A stretch of 64,000 bases of DNA from Rhina ancylostomus (taxonomy: Eukaryota). A program made the translations under genes and the position numbers. Below, in pieces: positions 50,437-63,652 of this stretch. The notes under the pieces were generated by a model. The model searched no databases. It was not told where the DNA came from and saw only the letters and a list, made by a program, of their open reading frames with translations. Every line of letters begins with the position of its first letter. The first letter of the stretch is position 1. The stretch is from assembly GCA_030265395.1 (NCBI GenBank), contig JARFYF010000052.1, positions 57,416,372 to 57,480,371 on the forward strand, written 5' to 3'.

Positions 50437-53409
50437 TGAGTGTCATGGAATCAGAGATTGCCAGTAAAAAGATTTTCACATCCGGTGAACAAACAACATA
50501 AAATACTCTTTTCCATATAAGTAAATCATTATGTCCGAACATGGTTTCACTGCAGGCAAGAAGTTAAAATAGCAATCAATTCAATGTTTAAGTCAGGGGT
50601 CAGTTAGTAACCACTGTAATAACATTCTTGTCATGTTTCATTCAGTTTCAAATGGAAATCTATAAGAAAACAAAACAATATGTCATTCACAATGCACATG
50701 AAAATATGATTAAGCTTCATGGAATTTGCAAGTTCAATTCTGATTAAATATCAGCATTTTCCTTTGAACTTGACAGAAATTCAGTCACCAAGAACTCTGA
50801 AAACTCTTACTAAAACTCATGGCATATTGTTGAAAACCCTGATGGTAGCTATCTGACCATGTGATCATATTAGAAATGTATTTCAATAGTAGTTCACAGG
50901 GTCATGTTAAGATAGTTAGAATTCCTTAAGGTATCAGAGGACAAAAGACTCTTACAGCTGTTGAAAGTTTTTTGCTTTATTTCAAATTCTAGCCTAAAAG
51001 TCAGGGCTTTGGTCTGTGAATAAGTAAAGAGGGGTGGGTATGCAGGAAGAGATGGCCATCAATACTTCTTGAACAAACCTCTCTTTGAGATCTTTAAATA
51101 GTAGACTTTTAGAATTGACTACTATTGAGTCGCTGTAGTCTGTGTGATGATATTTTTACACTTGTGCCCTACAAATAACCAGAATTCCATGGATGTCATG
51201 AGAGAATTTAGCAGAATTAACTCTGAAAATAATAGCAGCAAAATATAGTTGCAAGTTTGCTGCAGATATTCCTGCTGTTGCAGACATAACGAAGGAAAGA
51301 AGCAAAGACTAATGATGAATTTTCTTCTAAGCTTCAGTAACTACCAGAGTCATGCATTGGAATCTTTTCCAATCATAAGCAACTGACTTGCCTATAGATC
51401 TTAACTTGAGTAATTGTACATAGAATGCAGAATAGCCATTACTACTAATCTGCTGCAGTGGTTCATATAATAGACTACAAAAAAAATGAGAGTTATAAAA
51501 TTTACATGTTTGGGGTTCAAGATCAGACTACAGTCAAAATAACAGATACACAGGAAGGTTCTCAGAGCATTTTAAGTAGAAACAAAGGATGGGAATAAGC
51601 AATTGGTCCATCTCATGCAGAAGCTTAACTCTCAGTGTTAAGCTTATGCTTCCATCTTTACCTCCATTTGGATATGAAATTGTCTGATGGGTAGAAAATA
51701 TTGAGTAATCATGATAAGGATTATGTTGGGATGGGGTGCATTGCTGGATAAGCTGCAAGGATCTGTACTGGGGCCATTAATGGGCCAGACTATGCAGTCA
51801 AACTAATGATGGGGGTAATGGTGACTTCGGTAATTATGCGACAATGGAATGGCAACTTCAGAGGAGGAGCAGCTGGGTGATTAAATGTGAACTCCCAGAA
51901 ATTGCGGTCTTTGTTGTGACCCTCCACATTTAGTCTAAAAGGTCAATTTACTCTCTCTTTCACATTGAAATCTACAAAAATTTAAAATGCTTGCATTAGG
52001 TTGGTGGATATGAACTAAATCTACTGCAGATGTTTAGACCTAGTAATTAGGAATGTTAGCACCATTTCAATAATGTGATAAGAACATAAGAATACAACAA
52101 ATAGCATTCACAGCAGATCTTTTTACCTCGGTACCACAGTCTCACAATAACCCATTATCCCTTGATTCCCTTAATACCTAAAAATCTACTTACTGATCAC
52201 TGTGATCAATAGATTACTGTAAGTCAAACTCTCCACTTCTGAAAACTAATCATTTCAGTTCTGTTTTCTTATTCCCAACAATTTCAAAGTGACAAATTTG
52301 AAGTAATATTTTTTCTTTTTTCCTTCATCCCCCTATTTTCTCTCAGAACAATCTCTTTATTTACATTGAATAAAATATATCTTCTCTACCTCTTCATCTA
52401 CTCTCCTTTCCGTTTTTATTTCCCAATCCTATAATCTAATTGGTAGGAGGATATGATGTTGCTTGCCCTGTTCTCTTGGTCTCCTGTTTTCCTCACTGTA
52501 CCTTTCTGAGTGCAGCAATTTTGTTGGCAAAAATCTTGGAACTGAAGGCACTGAGTAAAGTTTAATGGTAGATACTATTGGTTACCTTAAAACAGCAAAA
52601 TCTTTCCCATTGCTTCTCTACTTACATTGAGAATTTGGGAGTAAAAAGCAATACAATCTGCTCAAAAGTTAAATCATACCACACAGATGAACAATGGTCA
52701 TAAGAAGTAAGAAATACAATGAATTGAGTAAAATGTGTGAATGGACAATAAGAAAACAGCAGCTAAATATTAATCTGAGTAAAAGTTCAAGAATTTAGCA
52801 CATGTAACTTGAGGATGAATTATTGCCCCTTGGACTTTCAGCCTCATGAAGAGGAGCCTAATTTATAGAGGTATATCATTTTGTAAACAGCATGGAAATG
52901 AATTCAAGCTGAAATGTAAAAGTTTAGGAATAAGAAGTCCTAACTAGTAAATAGAAATTTTCACACTAATATCAGGATTTTTTTTATTTGTACCTGTATG
53001 TTCTTAATGTATGTTACAAGTACAAGGTGTTATGTAGCACCTCCAAATTCCCCATTCCTCTCCAAAGTTCTCAGACACCTAAATAAGATAAAAACTGATT
53101 TAACCTCTTTGCTGACAGGGCAAAGCTAATGCCAAGCTCTAAACAGGTGTTCATGTCTCTTATCCTCTAAATGTATGAATGAAACTGAACACTCTAGATG
53201 CTATTCCCTTATTTGCATCTTACAACTGTGTTAGGGACATGACAAATAGGCAGAAATGCAGCAAAGTGGGTCAGATCCTCTGACAATCTCTACGTCCAGC
53301 TACTTGAATTTGCCAAAGTCTTGATGCAAGGTGGGTGGAAAACAGAGATCAATGAATATAGATATAGACTGATGGTCAACCTATTGATTATAAAGTGGAA
53401 TACCAGTGA

Positions 53410-54755
53410 TAATTGGTTGATTTGAGAAGTAAAATATTAAGGATGAAAATTGCAAAGATATTGGTCATAACCTTCCAAACATCTGCAGAGGCTGGGGTGA
53501 TGTTTGAGAACTGGAGAGTGGTATCCTTGTTAGACCCTTGTCCATAAATAATGATAAGCTCAGCAATAACTAGGCCAGTTGGTTTAATGATGGTGATGGA
53601 GAAACATTTAGAAACAATAATCAGGGACAGAATTAACAGTCTCTTGGGCAGTATGGATTGATTATGTAAAGTCACCATGGATTTGTTGAAGGCAAATCAT
53701 GTTCAAGCAACTTGATAAAGCTTTAATGAGATGACATGTGAGGTCTTTGAGGGAAATGTGGTTGATGTACTGTATATGGACTTCCAAAATGCCTCTGATA
53801 GAATGTTGCATTATAAACTTATCATCAAGATTGACGCTTGTGGAATAAACGTGTCAGTAGAAGTATCGGTTGAAAATTATCTGAGCAATAGAAAAAGGAG
53901 AGAGCTAATGAATGAGTGCTTCCAGACCTGTGGTATGTGTATAGTGGTTGATTCAAGCCTTGAAAGCACAGTGAATTGTAAGGAAGATTGTAATGGGAGT
54001 TATAAAAGATAGGAACAGGCTGCTGGAATGGCAGATATGTAGCAGATTAAATTTAATGCAGAAATAAATGAATGTCTCATTTTGAAGATAAAGAGAGGGC
54101 ACAATGCTACAGAGTATAGGAATAGACATACCGAGGGATAAATGTGCATAGTCCAATGAAAATAGAGAAAATGCATATAGGATATATTATAAACAGAAGC
54201 GTGGAGGACAAGGCCTAGAAAGATACAGAAGCTTCATAAAACTTGGTTAAAACAGAAGTATTACGTCAAGTTCTAGGCACAACGTAATAGGAATGTAAAG
54301 GCCTTAGAGTGCAAAATAGCTTTACTGGGAAGATTCCAGGGATAAGTGCTCTTAGTCATATAGACAGACAAGAGAATAGAACAAAAGAGGTTGAGAGTAG
54401 ATGTAATGGAGATATTTGAAATCAGGAAGGAGACAAGGAAAGTAGATAGAGAGATACTGTTTGTATTGATGGAGTGATTAAGAACTAGAAGACACAAAAT
54501 GAAAGTGATCACCAAAGAAACCAAAAGTGATAAACTGAAAGATGACAAGTGGTTATGCTCAGGAGTACATTGCTGGGGTATTGTGGATTCAATCACAGTT
54601 TTCAAAAGGGAACTGGATAAGTTCTTGAAAGGTAAAAATCCACAGGGCGGTGTAAGCAAGCAGCAGAGTTGGACTGCCAGAATTGCTCTTGCGTTGTGTA
54701 AACACAAATTCAATAGGCCAAATGGCCTCCTTTCCTGCTGTAAACTTTATGTGAA
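53410..54755 (+). mobile_element. Old CR1 (RT and 3' UTR)
   Basis: HHGFVEGKSC, VDVLYMDFQNASDRMLH, and tail aggccaaatggcctcctttcctgctgtaa. Confidence 0.85.
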
Positions 54756-54934
54756 TCTGTGGATTTGGAATGGAACTTAATAGATAGTTAGCTGAGTTGC
54801 TTGAAGGAGGAAAACTAGTGCTGATGTGGGATAGCTGTAGCCAACCATAAAGTGAGCAGATTAAAGTAATGACATTGATAATAATCTTTAACCAATAGAA
54901 TGCAAGGAGACATCAAGGCTTAGCCTTTCCTCGA

Positions 54935-55420
54935 GAGAATCACAGAATGATAAACTATAGGATGGCCATTTGGCTTATATTGCATATGCAAGATCCATGT
55001 AAACATTATACAATAAGACGCACTTACCCAGAGCCCTGCAAATACTTCCTTTTGAATTATTTATCCAATTTAATTTGTATGTTATTATTGATCTTGCTTT
55101 GGGTGATGAATTCTAAAATTTGATAGCTTGCTCAGTTTAATTTATTTCTCATTGGATAGTTCAGTGCAACATGTCCCTTGTCTATAGTCAATTGCCATAA
55201 ACCTCTATCCTCTGGTTATTGACTCTCCTGCCAATGAAATAGTTTTTGGCTATATCAAAAATTCATTAAAAATTTGAATACCTCAATTAATTCTCCTCTT
55301 AACCTTCTCTCCTCAAAAGAGAATAATCCCAGATTTTCTGACCTCTCTACATAATTGAGCATCCAAATTTCATGGATGATTGTAATAAACCCCCTTTGTG
55401 TAATAAATTTCCTTTGTACT
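54935..55420 (-). mobile_element. Old CR1 3' end
   Basis: ttctcctcttaaccttctctcctcaaaagagaataatcccag is the reverse complement of an LGLFS..RRLRG motif. Confidence 0.6.
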
Positions 55421-55934
55421 CTCTATATGTGAAAACAGAACATGGATGAGGGGAGTAGGGAGAAACTGGGAACATAGCCTGATCTAAAAATGTAAGAGGA
55501 TGTTACTTTTCCACAATTGCATAAATGCTAGTCGTGGCTATGATTGAAGCAAAGACCCTTGAGCATTGGATCTATAATGGACAATATTGGTCTTATTAAT
55601 TAGCACAATGCACTATTAGCAAGATGTACACAATTAATAATCCAATTATGTTTATGTTGGGAACGAACTGCTGAATTTAAATATCAAACTGCTTGCAGTT
55701 GTTCTAAACTATAAAACAATTTGCTGAGGTCTGAGTTAGCTTATTTATTTGCTGTGTGACTTACCTAATGCAGATGAGGACTGCCAGCATTTCAAAGACA
55801 AGACTTCATTTTACATTAAGTATTTGCTTCCTAATGTAATCAAAATAGTGAATTTAGGATTCAAAGCTGTAATGTGAAAATATTACAATTAATTTTAACA
55901 AATCCATTGGTGCTTCATTCTGTCACTACAGACA

Positions 55935-57100
55935 GATATGTCTAAGTGAATACACACAATAAAAAGAGAAGAGGGCCTAAAATTCCAAACCAAGAGGTAT
56001 TAAGTGGAACTTCTACCCATTCTTTTCTCAAGACGCAGATCCATGTCCAAAATTGTGGATCTATAACAACAGGAGTAAGACATTCAGCCTCATTCAGTAA
56101 GATAGTAGTTGATTTATATCCCAAGTCAATCCTTCTGGTTTGGCTCCATATCACTGGTTATTAAAAATCTAGCAATCTCAGATTAAAGTCAGCATTTATT
56201 GCTAGTTGTGTGAGAGAGGATCAACAATCAAATATCTATTTTCAGGTATGAAGTCCAAAACCATCCTTGGTATTTCTTGTATGGTCTGACCAAGACTTGA
56301 TATAGATGTAGAGCTCCCTAGTTATAAAGATTAACAATCAAGTAGCCTTTTTAATTATTGTTTGAACAGAAAAGGTTCAAACAATAATCAAAAAGGCAAA
56401 TAGGTTTCAACCATCATAATTAGAGGGCTGGAGTATTAATTTTGCTCCATGTCTAATTCTAGCCCTGGTCAGATCACACATGGAATACCATGCACTAAGT
56501 GTCATCTAGTGCCTAATCAAATTATCTTTCTTTTTGTTTCAATTTTGCCTAACAATAGCTTGGTGTATCTTGACAAATGCCTTTTGGAAAGTAGGTATGC
56601 CATATCCATAGACATTCCTGTTTTGCTATATCCAAAAATTCTTGTTGGTTTAGCTTGTCAATAACTTCCCAAAAGAGATATTAGGTTAACAGGTCTCTAC
56701 TTTCCTGGTATTTCTATTTCACAATTCTAGTATAGTGGAGTTAAATTTTCAACTTTTCAATTGAAACAGATAATTGAGGGTTCAAGAGGGTTTTTTTTTG
56801 AAGCTTTCCACACCTATCTTCCTCTGAAACCCTGAGATGAACATCATCAGGTCCTGGGAATTTATTTGCCTTTTGAGCTGTTTTTATCCCATATTGCAGT
56901 ATTTTGCTTACATTAGTTTCAGTGTGCTCCAATCTTTGATATATTTAAATATCATTGTAATATCTATTATCCTATTCCTTTACATTGAATCTGGACACAT
57001 GTGTAATTATTCATTGTCTACCACTACCTTATTTTCATTTGCAATATTCCGCACATCTGTTTTTAAATGACCTGCATTAGCCTTGAAAATTCCATTCTAA
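55935..57100 (-). mobile_element. Very old CR1 RT relics
   Basis: Minus ORFs GILGPLLFLLCV and NKFPGPDDVHLRV. Confidence 0.6.
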
Positions 57101-60100
57101 TATAATTATGAATGTTTATTTTTGTTCATTGATTTTATAATTCTTAATTGTATAGAAATTGGATTTCACCTCTTTTTGCTGAACTAAACCATCTTAGAAT
57201 TTACCACCAACACCAAGTCAAGACACCTGTAAAATATTGTGAAGCTGGCCCAAAAAAAACCAAAAGAAAACCTTTGAAAGAGTGCTGGTGTATTTTACAT
57301 CCAGATTGATAGATTGAAATGGAACATGTGCATTTCCTGACAGAAGCTGCAGAAAATTGTCATGACTGCTTGACGGTGGCCAAACAGTGTGTGGGGAAGG
57401 TCATTGCACCCATCCCTATGGGAGCCACAGAGCAGCTGCATAAAAGGGGACAAAGTATGTGGCCACAATTCCATTGATCCGCTGCCCTTATGGAATCCAA
57501 TGCTGCATGTTGCTCCACACCATTACGACACTCAATGAGGCAAAGATCATAGCATCACACACTAGTAAATAAACTAGAAGGTCTTCAAACAGTGAAGGAA
57601 CAAGGAAAAATGATCGTTAAAATATTTTGACCATTGGAATATGAGTCTATTAATGCTGTGATCAAAACACTGAAGTCAGAATGAAAACCCTTTAATTTTC
57701 ATCTCTTTGGGGATGTGAGTGGATTGTGCTTTTTGGTTTGGTTTTGTTATTGTCATATGACAGTTGTTCTCCTGACATTGGAACTTTAAGTTCAGTCAGA
57801 ATGAGGCTCATAGATGAAGATATTTAACCTCTAATAATATTGATGACTTTTCTTTTGTCATACTTTGTCCCAACTAATTAATGTTTGCCTCACTAAATCT
57901 AGAATTACTATGTCACATATCATCATTTTAAATTTAATGTTGAATTTGATCAGATAATCACAGCTAGATAAATGTCCCCTTACTATTAGGCTGTTAACAA
58001 AGTCCAGCTCTTTTTTTATTACTAAATCTAAAACGTCTTGACCTCTTTATTCTGGAATGCATTGCTCCAGCAAACTATTCTAATACTCATTCACTATATT
58101 TCTCAACTGACAAAAATCGACACTCCTTTCTTCCCAATCCAAATGAAAATTCAAGTTTCCCATAAAAACAGGTCTACACATGTGCCAAGTCTCCCTAACC
58201 CTCAATTTAAAAAAATAATATGCTAATTCACTTCCGCTATCAAGGGCCCTATGGACACCTTTTACATCTTTGTCCTCCTGTTCCTTCAGTGATAACCATT
58301 AGGTATCTATTAATTTATTTCCATTAACAATATCTCTGGTACTAATGGTTGTCTTCTTCTTGAAGACTCCCTATCTTTTCCAAAGACCACTACCACCTCA
58401 AATTTTTATCTCTCAATCATGACCAGTTTGATGTTATCTATTAATAATGACAGTCATGGCATAATTCCCTGTATATGAGCCTCTAGTTCTCCTGATTTAT
58501 TTATATTCTTTGTATAAATATATAACATTTTTATGAATATATTCAATCCTGTTCACTTGCCTCTATTTTTTCTTTGTCATACCTGCTTTTCTTGCTTTAG
58601 TTATTTTCGTATTCCCTAAAGTAAGGCACTTTGTGGGTTCCATTGTGTTTGTAAAAGCTACTTGGTAATTTGGAATATTCAGCCAATCACCATGGCCTGG
58701 TAAAGATACAGGCTATAACAAGGCCCATGGTGGGATTTTGACTCATATTTCCACAGATGACCCTTCTCAAGAGGTTCTGTAAAGGCACAACAAAATGAAT
58801 TCCTCAAGGTAGATGGAACTCTTCATGAAACCTCCTTTTAACTCTGGGTGGGAGAGCAGGAAGAAATTAATATGCTTCCCACATCCCCTTCTCAGGACTC
58901 CCATTCCCTACTAGAACTTAAAGTGGCACCCGAAACAAGCTAGATTCCCAGTAGAACTAAATTCTAAATCAAACGGTTTGCATCAATTCAGAGGCCAAGC
59001 ATCCTATGAACTTAACACATGCAACAGATTGAATGTGTTGTGAAAAATAGCATCTCATCATCTCATCCTGTTATGATGAGCAATATAACTGCCAATCTAC
59101 TTTCTTTCTCACATTACACACTCCTGCTGTGATGGGAACATAATGGCAAAACAAGATAACAGTTGGTACAGATTTGAGTATAACGTCATGGAGCTAAAAA
59201 GAGAAGGGAGACAAAATAGCATGGTGTAAGACTGTTCTGTGTTATTTAATCTTTAAAAAAATGCTTTAGCAATTACTTCAGCATACCAATTTGCAGTTTG
59301 TGTTATTTTAAGAACAATTTGAACTTTTGCAACATTATTTAGCAATTTCTAACTGTTCTGTTTTTCATAGAAAATTAAATGTTTACAATAATCCTTGTTC
59401 CACACTGAATTAAAAATTAGCATAAATTTGTTCATTTCGGCTATATAGAGCTTGATGACAGTGCAGATTTATTTTCATACTTGGCTGTGTTGGATATCTG
59501 GAAGATGTGACAAATAAAGGAACGCACTTCAGCTAAAACGGAAAAGGAAAAACATTTGTTTGACAATATTCAATTTTTGTGAGATCATCAAAACCATAAA
59601 AGTATTGGATTGTCTTTCACTGGAATGTGAGTCAAAACAAGTTTATGTAATCATACATAGATCACTTGTAAGGTCTGATAGAGAACAGTTTGTACTGTTT
59701 CAGATCCTCTACTTTCAAAGGCATTAATGCATCAGTGGTATTCAAAACCACTGCCAAGGCTGATTCTGGGATTTGATACTTCACCGAATGGGGTGGCATA
59801 GGAAAGAACTTGTTCCTACTGGAAAAAGATAGTGAAGAGATACACCACTTGATTTTGATAATATATACCTTCAGGCAGGCCTGCGCACTGCTCATAAAAC
59901 CACAAAGGAGACGAGATTAGGATGATTTCTGGTTCAGTACAATGTTGGATATACAGGATATATTTTAGCCCCAGACAACTAATCTCATGTAAAATAGCAC
60001 CTTTGAGAAAGAGTTGGAAGAATACCTCAATAAGATTGAGATTGATAGTTACAAATATGACTTCAGAACTCTGGCAACACAGTGTATTGCACGGAAAATG

Positions 60101-60169
60101 GAAAATTCACAGCAACAAATAGGGAGGGGAGAGGGGAGGTAAGGATCCTAATTAGTGTCCCATTGAAGT

Positions 60170-60695
60170 TAAATAATTGCTGAGAAATGTTAAAAATCAA
60201 AGAAATTGTAGATTCCGGATAAAAAGAGAAACTACTGAAAACATTCAGTGGATCAGACAGCATCTGTCGAAAGAGAAACAGAGTTAACTTTTCGAGTCAA
60301 AGACCCTTTATCAGAACTGGGAAAGAGGAATAAAACAAGGTCGTGTTAAGTTGCAGAAAAGATAGTAGGAGGGAGAGATGGAACAAGAATATTTCGGATA
60401 GGATGAGGCTAGGGTGGCCATGGTGATGGGTTGCAGGGGGTTACCCAGTCAAATGGGTTAATAGGGGCAAGATGGTGATAATAAAGACAAAGAATTATAA
60501 TGTGCTACTAATAGCAGTTGTGAGACATACCCAGAAGACCAGGCTGTACTAATGGAGAGAGAGAAACTGAGCAAATATATCAGATGGATGACTTATAGCA
60601 GGAATGACTGTCGGAGGAAGTGTGACCTAAAGTTGGAGATTTAATCCAGAAGGCTGCAATGTGCCCAAACTGAATATGGGGTGCTGCTCCTTATG
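60170..60695 (-). mobile_element. Penelope-like element 3' end with a hammerhead-like motif
   Basis: The minus strand encodes KEQHPIFSLGTLQPSGLN (GIY-YIG C-terminus) at about 60640-60692. The terminal repeat with a hammerhead fold is at 60282-60318. Confidence 0.75.
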
Positions 60696-62580
60696 TTTCT
60701 TGGAAGATGCTTCTGGCTTATCCTGGTGAAAACCTTTCTTTGTGACATTATAAGCTTATTTAAAGTTATCCAACTTCAAAATAAAATACAGAAAAGAGAA
60801 TATTTTTCCTATTGATTAAAGGAAATGGAGAACAGGCTTCAAACTGCAAGTATTGGGGCTGAGACAATCAGTTCCTTTAAAAAAAAAGTTCTTAAAATCT
60901 GATTGGAAACAAGACCAGAAATTGTAGGTACAAATTTTTCTAATCTACAACAAATGGGCTGGAATGTCTTGGATGTTGCTGAAGGATGTTTTTGTAGAGA
61001 ACAGCAGATGCAATTGAATAGTGATAAATTAGGATGGAAAAGTATTTTGGAGTGTGGCTTAATTACATTTGAGATGCAGGAAGTACTTTGGCAGAATTTT
61101 CTCATAAGTAGTTAACTGCATGTGTTGATTCCATGATTGGATAGATTGCTTATAGTCTATGGAAGACATTAGCTTGATTAGCCTTTTCTGATCCCATAAT
61201 TTAAGTTCTTATATTTTAAGGATGTGTTCAGTTTTATTTCCATATCACATTAGTTAATAGTAAGATAATCACCTGAACGACAGTGAAAAGTATTAAAATT
61301 TCAATTAGCAGGCTCTAACAACCACACTTCCCCATTTACAGTACTTTTGTTTATTTTCAGTTGAATATCATTGAGAATCCCCCAGGGAAAAGGTTGTGCA
61401 GTCTGCTCAGACAAACTGAAACAGATGAGGGTAATGCAAGATATTTCAACAAGGACAATAACTTATGGTCGCTCTTTTATGAGCCTGAAAGCCATAATTC
61501 ATGAGAACTGCGGTCACAAATGAGTTATGCTTCTTTGCACACTTGAATTCGTCATCATTAGCAATACATACGTGTAAAGTAACACTGAAAATTGTTCATA
61601 TTTGCATTCACTTCCTCAAGTCAATTACGCAGGATGNNNNNNNNNNNNNNNNNNNNNNNNNNNNNNNNNNNNNNNNNNNNNNNNNNNNNNNNNNNNNNNN
61701 NNNNNNNNNNNNNNNNNNNNNNNNNNNNNNNNNNNNNNNNNNNNNNNNNNNNNNNNNNNNNNNNNNNNNNNNNNNNNNNNNNNNNNNNNNNNNNNNNNNN
61801 NNNNNNNNNNNNNNNNNNNNNNNNNNNNNNNNNNNNNNNNNNNNNNNNNNNNNNNNNNNNNNNNNNNNNNNNNNNNNNNNNNNNNNNNNNNNNNNNNNNN
61901 NNNNNNNNNNNNNNNNNNNNNNNNNNNNNNNNNNNNNNNNNNNNNNNNNNNNNNNNNNNNNNNNNNNNNNNNNNNNNNNNNNNNNNNNNNNNNNNNNNNN
62001 NNNNNNNNNNNNNNNNNNNNNNNNNNNNNNNNNNNNNNNNNNNNNNNNNNNNNNNNNNNNNNNNNNNNNNNNNNNNNNNNNNNNNNNNNNNNNNNNNNNN
62101 NNNNNNNNNNNNNNNNNNNNNNNNNNNNNNNNNNNNNNNNNNNNNNNNNNNNNNNNNNNNNNNNNNNNNNNNNNNNNNNNNNNNNNNNNNNNNNNNNNNN
62201 NNNNNNNNNNNNNNNNNNNNNNNNNNNNNNNNNNNNNNNNNNNNNNNNNNNNNNNNNNNNNNNNNNNNNNNNNNNNNNNNNNNNNNNNNNNNNNNNNNNN
62301 NNNNNNNNNNNNNNNNNNNNNNNNNNNNNNNNNNNNNNNNNNNNNNNNNNNNNNNNNNNNNNNNNNNNNNNNNNNNNNNNNNNNNNNNNNNNNNNNNNNN
62401 NNNNNNNNNNNNNNNNNNNNNNNNNNNNNNNNNNNNNNNNNNNNNNNNNNNNNNNNNNNNNNNNNNNNNNNNNNNNNNNNNNNNNNNNNNNNNNNNNNNN
62501 NNNNNNNNNNNNNNNNNNNNNNNNNNNNNNNNNNNNNNNNNNNNNNNNNNNNNNNNNNNNNNNNNNNNNNNNNNNNNNNN

Positions 62581-62835
62581 CAATGACCAGCTCTTTTGTT
62601 TTGCTGACATTGAGGGAAAGGTTGTTGTCATGACACCACGTCACTAAGCTCTCTATCCCCTTCCTGTACTCCGACTTATCATTATTTGAGGTCTACTACC
62701 CTGGTATCATCTGCAAACTTGTAGATGGAATTAAAGCAGAATCTGGCCACACAGTCATGAGTATACAGGGAGTAGAGTAGACATCTGAGGATGCAGCCTT
62801 GTGGGGCACCAGTGTTACGAGTAATAATACTGGAG
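62581..62835 (-). mobile_element. Rex1/Babar LINE RT fragment (remainder in the gap)
   Basis: WCHDNNLSLNVSKTKELVI, preceded by GAPQGC and YKFADDT on the minus strand. Confidence 0.85.
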
Positions 62836-63017
62836 GATGTGTTTCTTCAATGATGAGGTTTTGTTTCTTAATGATTCTTCAATCCTAATGCTCAGCATTC
62901 AAAGAAAGATTTATCTTCACAAGATCAATAGCAAGAAATAATGACAAGGTTCTACAGCATCCTTATCACCTTCAACTTACAACTAGTAACATGGCACTCT
63001 TCCACATCTTAAATAAT

Positions 63018-63235
63018 TCATAGAAACAAAAAATAGGATCAGGAGTCGACCATTCAGGCACTTGGGCCTCCTTCACCATCATCATGGATGACCATCCATT
63101 TCAGTACCCTGTTCTGCCTTCTCCTGACATCTCTTGATTGCTTTGCACTAATAAATCTCCTTCTTGAATATGTTAAATCACTCGATCTCCTTTGTCTTTT
63201 GGATATGGAAAGCCACAGTTTTGCCACACTTTTCA
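63018..63235 (-). mobile_element. CR1 3' tail
   Basis: catagaaac...ataggatcaggagtcgaccattcaggcac is the reverse complement of a CR1 terminus. Confidence 0.6.
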
Positions 63236-63502
63236 AACTCTCCTAGAATTAAATGTAAATTTCCAAAGTGGGAGCAGTTTTATATCTGTTCTCATCTAAC
63301 ACTTGACCTAGCAGATCTTGGTCACATAGAAATTGTTTGTTAAAGTAGAAAATGCTTCAAAAAGTTTTTTTTTATTTTATCCAATTAGGAAAACCCTTCA
63401 GAGAGCTGGCAAAGACATATTGGGTTGAATGGCATTAATCCATGCTCTATAATTTTATGTATCTGTATCTGCAAATTGTGATTATGTGGTCTGTTTTCTT
63501 AG

Positions 63503-63652
63503 GAAATGAGGGAAGATCGAGATCGATCACGGCTAGATTCCATGGTACTGCTCATTATGAAATTGGATCAGCTTGACCAAGACATTGAAAATGCTCTCAG
63601 TGCAAGCTCGTCTCCATCCAATACCCCGACTGTTAAAAGAAGGCATATTCCC
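63503..63652 (+). CDS. DLC1: Internal coding exon of DLC1 (Rho GTPase-activating protein 7 / STARD12), long-isoform N-terminal extension
   Basis: Acceptor ctgttttcttAG at 63491-63502 and donor GTgagc at 63653 bound a 150-nt phase 0/0 exon. Its translation EMREDRDRSRLDSMVLLIMKLDQLDQDIENALSASSSPSNTPTVKRRHIP closely matches the recalled human DLC1 isoform 1 segment EIREDRDRARLDSMVLLIMKLDQLDQDIENALSTSSSPSGTPTNLRRHVP. Confidence 0.93.

Larger units (their letters stand above)
1..63502 (+). other. Large intron upstream of the DLC1 exon (putative; the preceding exon probably lies upstream of the window)
   Basis: I recognised no other host exon, and the region is repeat-rich. The preceding human exon ends ...VRLRKRK and is not seen here with a splice donor, although an exon could be hidden in an N gap. 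Confidence 0.7.

Noticed and set aside
59530-59550. QLKRKRK peptide resembling the ...RLRKRK end of the preceding DLC1 exon
   Set aside because: There is an in-frame stop five codons upstream, no GT donor after the motif, and no long ORF.
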